Source: Nitrospirales bacterium (GTDB lineage Bacteria > Nitrospirota > Nitrospiria > Nitrospirales > UBA8639). Taken from it: a stretch of DNA of 64,000 bases. The position numbers and the translations under genes are program-made. The notes beneath the pieces were generated by a model, which was not told the DNA's origin, ran no database searches, and saw nothing but the letters and a program-made list of their open reading frames with translations. The stretch spans positions 1,568,001 to 1,632,000 of the forward strand of contig CBDBCZ010000018.1 of assembly GCA_965203295.1 (NCBI GenBank). Direction: 5' to 3'. Each line of letters begins with the position of its first letter. The first letter of the stretch is position 1. This document shows positions 59,216 to 64,000 of this stretch, one piece after another.

Positions 59216-60920
59216 ACTCCTTAACATCCTTCTTAATGGTAATGCCAATCCTAGCCTTCTCGACCTCATCTAACAGCTGATTGATAAACATGGGAAAGAG
59301 GATAGGCAACATTCTACAACCCTGTGCCACCCCCTGACCTATGTTGAATGCATCAGATATTTCTCCCTCGGATCCAGTAAAACAGCACTCTGTGTGATGT
59401 CATACATATTCTTAGTGATTATCTCTCCACATTCTACCCCTAACACCAAGCTCCCATAACTTCAACCATAAACTATCATGCCAAACTGTGTCAAATTCTT
59501 TCTGAACATCAAGAAAAAAGTGTAAGTGTGCTTTCCTTCCCTCATTCTACCTTGTACAATTTCATTTAGAGTAAAGATGTTATCAACACAACTTCTTTTA
59601 AACTCTCTAAATCCTGCCTGACCCTCATGAAGAGCCCTTTCTGATTCCAGGTCCTCAGTATCACCTTTCTTATACGTACAAGCTAACAATTAACCCTTGT
59701 CTCCAATGTTTAGGAATACTCTCCTCTGTCCAAACTACCCCATACAAGACTTTCAACAGATTAGCCATTCCTTAGCCACCGTACTTAAAAAGCTCCCCAA
59801 CTAGTCCATCATTACCTCCTGTTTTATTATTCTTTAGGCTTTCAGAACACTTTTTAATTTCTGCATAACTAATCCCTCTATCCAAAACCTTATCCTTCTG
59901 CAAAATAAATATTTCACTATACTCTGTCACTTTCTTTTCTATAAGCTCTTTCCAGCTATAATCAAACTGATCATCCAACAATCTGTACGCAACCTTTCAT
60001 AATGCTCACGTAATACTTCCAAATTTCCCTCAGTACTGGTTACACATGAACCTGAACGATTCCTCAAAGAAGCAATACCCTTACGACTACCTTTTGAAGT
60101 CCTGCTAACAAATGCCCAAAACTCTTTCCTGTTTTCATGAAACCTTTATTAGCCTTTTCAATCACCTCATTCCAAATATCTAATTTTTTCTTACGTACCA
60201 ATTCCTTGATTTCTGAATGTAATTTGTAATACTCTCCCCATTTATCTTCCCTGCCACTTCTAATCTCCTTATAAATCTGTCTTCTCAACCTAATCTTCTC
60301 TTTAATCTCACCATCCCACCACGCCGCTTTGCCACACACTATCACCCTTTCTCCAATTTCTTTTGATGCTACCCTCTTGACTGTCTCTTCCCAATCCTGA
60401 ACCACTGCCTTCACTAATTCTGAGTCTTCCATTTGCGTACCCTTTCTTGAAACCCATCTACTTCTACACTTATGGCTTCCTGATACTTCTGTCACACTTC
60501 CTCGTCCTGAAGCCGTTTGATGCGCCATTTCATAATCACCCGCTTCTGTTGTTTAGTGGTTTTTACAGTCCTACCCAATTCCATCCATACCAAAAGAGAT
60601 CCGATTTTCCTACATCCACTGTATCTACCTGCACACTCCCTGAAACCTGCAACAAGTTGGAATCAGTAACTATATAACCAATGATAGACTTCTGCTTCAG
60701 AGAAGGTCTAGCTCTAGTCCACTGTGGTTCCACAGTGAACTCACGGCCATTACAGACTACAAGCTCAACCTCATTTAAAAAAGAAATCAACCTGCTCACC
60801 TTACATTTTCCTTCACCAAACATACCTATTACATCATCTAATTCTGGAGATCTTTCCACTCTAGTATTAAAATCACCTAGAAGCACAACCTGACCCCTCT
60901 CCTTCATACGAAGCACATGC
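59216..60920 (-). mobile_element. Non-LTR retrotransposon (LINE) fragment: APE endonuclease and reverse transcriptase, frameshifted
   Basis: VVLLGDFN, CNGR, LKNNKTGGNDGLVGELFKYGG, EGQAGFR..RSCVDNIF, GVAQGC motifs. Confidence 0.9.
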
Positions 60921-63094
60921 TCAAACTAATTAAAAGGTGGAGGTCAGATCAGCCTGGGTGGTTTTTTTAAAAATCCCAAGAAGGGTTTCCGTCTGGAGGC
61001 CCACAGGATTTCTGAAGCACTAAGGCTTATAAACAAAGACTCACAAGTGAATAGCAATAATCAGACAGCTGCTTGAAATGAAGGATAACTAATTTTTTAC
61101 TTAGGGCATACATCTAGATTTCCACCACGTTACCAGTTTATCAGCCTATCCAGGAAAGCTTCTGGCAACATTCAGGTAGTGGCTGTATTCTCCACAGTAG
61201 GAACCAACATGACATGTGTCACACTACTCCAATAATTGGAGCATGGATGTCCCGTGCATGGTTGATGTATGTGACACATATGCTGCATCCATTCTGTACA
61301 AGTAGAGTGCCACTGTATATTAATAGTTGTAGAAATTCTAGAGTTTGTGAAACTTAAGGCTCCACAGTACAGTTTTTAAGGAACTGCAGGTAATTTGGGG
61401 TAATAGAACCAGAACAACTATATTCCAATAATTGGAGCTTGGATATCACATGCATAGTCTATATTGAAGCTCCAAAATTGGAGTACAGTGACACTAGCCA
61501 TGCCAATACCTATTTTGAAGGATACAGGAAGATTATCAGAAACTATACAATCAGATGTATATACTGCTTGCTTTCCACATGGTAGGAACCAGCATGATTT
61601 GCCTTGTGAATCACCTATCCTGGGTGTATAGCTTCTAGTAATCTTCATGAACTGCTTGCATGCATTCAGCACAGTAGGAACCAGCATACCATCAGTGACA
61701 TTACTCCAATAATTTGAACTTTTAGTTTAGATCAACCTATGTAGGTGGTTTCTTAAAGGTGTGGTGTGTGGACGTTGTCAATGACATAAGCGCTACGGCA
61801 GTGACATGATTAGTATTATTATCAAGCCTCCATTGTATATACTGCAATGTACGTCAGGCCACTCTGCAATGTTCAGTGTGGGTGATTGTTTAGGTATTTG
61901 GCTGGAGTGGGTGTAATACTGGGGCACTCGACTTTGCATGCATTCCATTGGTCTGATGTTTGCACCTCAGTCTTGTTGTTGTAACAATTGTTCAAATACT
62001 TTGATCCATGAGCACATACATGTAGGTATACTGTATGCACGTGCAACTTTTTGCATGCTGTTTCATGTTAACTGGGGTCTATAGTGGAAGTGGGTAGTTG
62101 GCATTGCTGCAGTAGTGTGCTTAATGCACAGGCTCTGGTGCATGTCTGGTCTATGCTTTTCGTACTGCAAACAACTACTGTGTAGAATGGATGCAGGGTC
62201 CGGGTGTGTAGCTGAAGATTACCAGAAGCTATACGCCCAGGATACCTGATTCACAAGCTACACAGCTACTATAAGACCTTAATTTGACATTAGTGTGGAT
62301 CACCACCAATGATGGAGGGCTGTTAGCTTTGTTGCCAGCTGTCCTCAGCTTTTTATGAAGACATGAAGTAGTTTTGGCAGTAAAGATAGCACTAAAATCT
62401 TTTAGCAACTTTGATGGCCTAGTTCATGCTAGCAAAAATTACACTGGTCTCACAAACATTACTTCCCATTTTTCAGAAGCAAGACAGTCCCTCTCCTGTC
62501 CTTGCTGTCTTCAAAGCCTCACTGCATTGGGGCCGTTGTAACCGCTGCAAACTACCCCACCAGGGGACAGACTAGATACTGAAACTGTATAAGAATTGCC
62601 ACACTACAACAAATGAGCAGTACTCAGAGGGAGAGAATAGGTGCTGAGATTGCAGAAAGAAAAGGTTGGGGGGGGGGTAGGCTGCAATATGACAGAGAGG
62701 GCCTCAGAGTGCGGTGGGTGTTGTTAGCCAGAGTGGAGCTGTATGCAGACCAGGCCTTACGTGCTGGTGCAGTGCAGTAACTAGCATTGATCAGATTTAT
62801 TGAGCCAGTTTGCAGGCTGTTTTTCAGTGAGCTAATAGTTGAATTATAAATGTGTTATGTCTTACAATGAACTTAATATTAGCTTTCACAGTCCACCATT
62901 AGTTATCAGATTTGTTTTCATAGGGTCTGTACCTAAGTCTTTTCTGACACTTCAGCTATGAGGATTTTGTTAATGGTGCGTGAGGACTACATTACATGGG
63001 CATTGAATGTGCTAATAATGGTTTATGGGATAGTCATGCACAGAAGGTAATAAATAATGGGAAAAAAAGTGAATCAATTACATGGGTTTTAAGT

Positions 63095-63285
63095 ATTACT
63101 AGCGGGTTTAGTGGCTATATAAAGCCTGCCTACTGCTCCTCTGCCAAGGGGCTCCAGTAGCCCAGTGGTAAGAGGATCTTGACTATTGTTCAGAAGGTCC
63201 TGGGTTCAATCCCCAGCTGGGTTCTTATTTGGGAGGGATTTCTTTACTCTCCCAGAAAGCTTATCATCTCAAAGAGTTTACAATG
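63095..63285 (+). repeat. Second copy of the tRNA-like repeat (tRNA part ~63149-63224)
   Basis: TACTAGCGGGTTTAGTGGCTA...CTCCTCTGCCAAGGGGCTCCAGTAGCCCAGTGG...GGTTCAATCCCCAGCTGGG...TTTACTCTCCCAGAAAGC, matching 54400-54590. Confidence 0.85.
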
Positions 63286-64000
63286 GATCAGCAGAATATG
63301 ATGTGAAAATTTAAGCAAGTACAAGTAGCACCATACACTGTAGTTGCTCCTGAGTATGAAATTAGTTCACTCCGGTGGTCGTCCAGTAATCCAGCTGACA
63401 TGTGTATTTCAATCGAACATGTGAGTCCTCGATCACTGTCCATGAAAGACAGCTTGAGGGCAGGGCATAAGTGTACATACATGGTTAACTAGCACTGAAC
63501 TTAAGATTCATTTCTCATAGGTGCAAGACGGTTTCAGAAGAAGCCTGGATCAGCTGTGGCTCAGTATGTACAACAGCCAAGGCCTGCTTCATATCTCAAG
63601 TGGGACGGTAGGTAGAATATTGCATCTCAATGTAAACATCAAAGAGTGGGTAAAATGTAGGTCATGCACCCATTGGTGGTTGTGTATTAGCAACTGCTGT
63701 GCCTAATGAATAGTTAGCATGTTACTGTATTACACTACTACCGGGTATTTTTGGGGAAAAATGTGGAAGGGGGCATTGCAATAATATTACATAGTCATAC
63801 TGTGCTGAATGGAGAGCTCGTTAATAGCCTGAACTTGCTGTGTGAGCCTCTCAGCTACCTTCATTTTGGCTTGCTATGATCCACATGAAAAAAATGCTAT
63901 CATTGTATGTCTCCAAGTTTGTGTCTCAGCAATGCAGTGCATGACCAACAAGCAACTAAATGTATGCGCTGTAAACTTCTACGTGTACTTACAAGACTAC

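Overview
Eukaryotic, intron-containing, transposon-saturated genomic DNA from a metazoan. A demosponge is the best guess from the gene families and the small GT-AG introns (inference). Main contents: (1) a ~167-bp satellite array (0.13-2.7 kb); (2) a degenerate ~93-bp minisatellite block in three to four copies, one inverted; (3) a nested transposon pile in which a Ginger-like relic contains a 9.3-kb IS3EU-type DNA transposon (TAC...GTA termini, 6-bp TSD). That element carries a spliced DDE transposase and, convergently, a spliced gene for an Ig-like domain plus a full protein kinase domain; (4) an apparently intact 5.7-kb AcademH transposon (RecQ helicase plus transposase, 9-bp TSD) and several Academ-type MITEs; (5) a Penelope-like 3' fragment with a minimal hammerhead ribozyme; (6) a second, decayed IS3EU-type element with a different partner gene; (7) an alpha-carbonic anhydrase exon, a broken multi-TM membrane protein gene, tRNA-Thr-like repeats and LINE fragments. 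The most novel-looking signals are the kinase-carrying IS3EU transposon, variable partner genes and signal-peptide-like transposase N-termini in the IS3EU elements, and pervasive TA-anchored micro-insertions (e.g. TA to TAGCTA) that break both genes of the kinase element. Exon boundaries were read by eye; no database searches were run.
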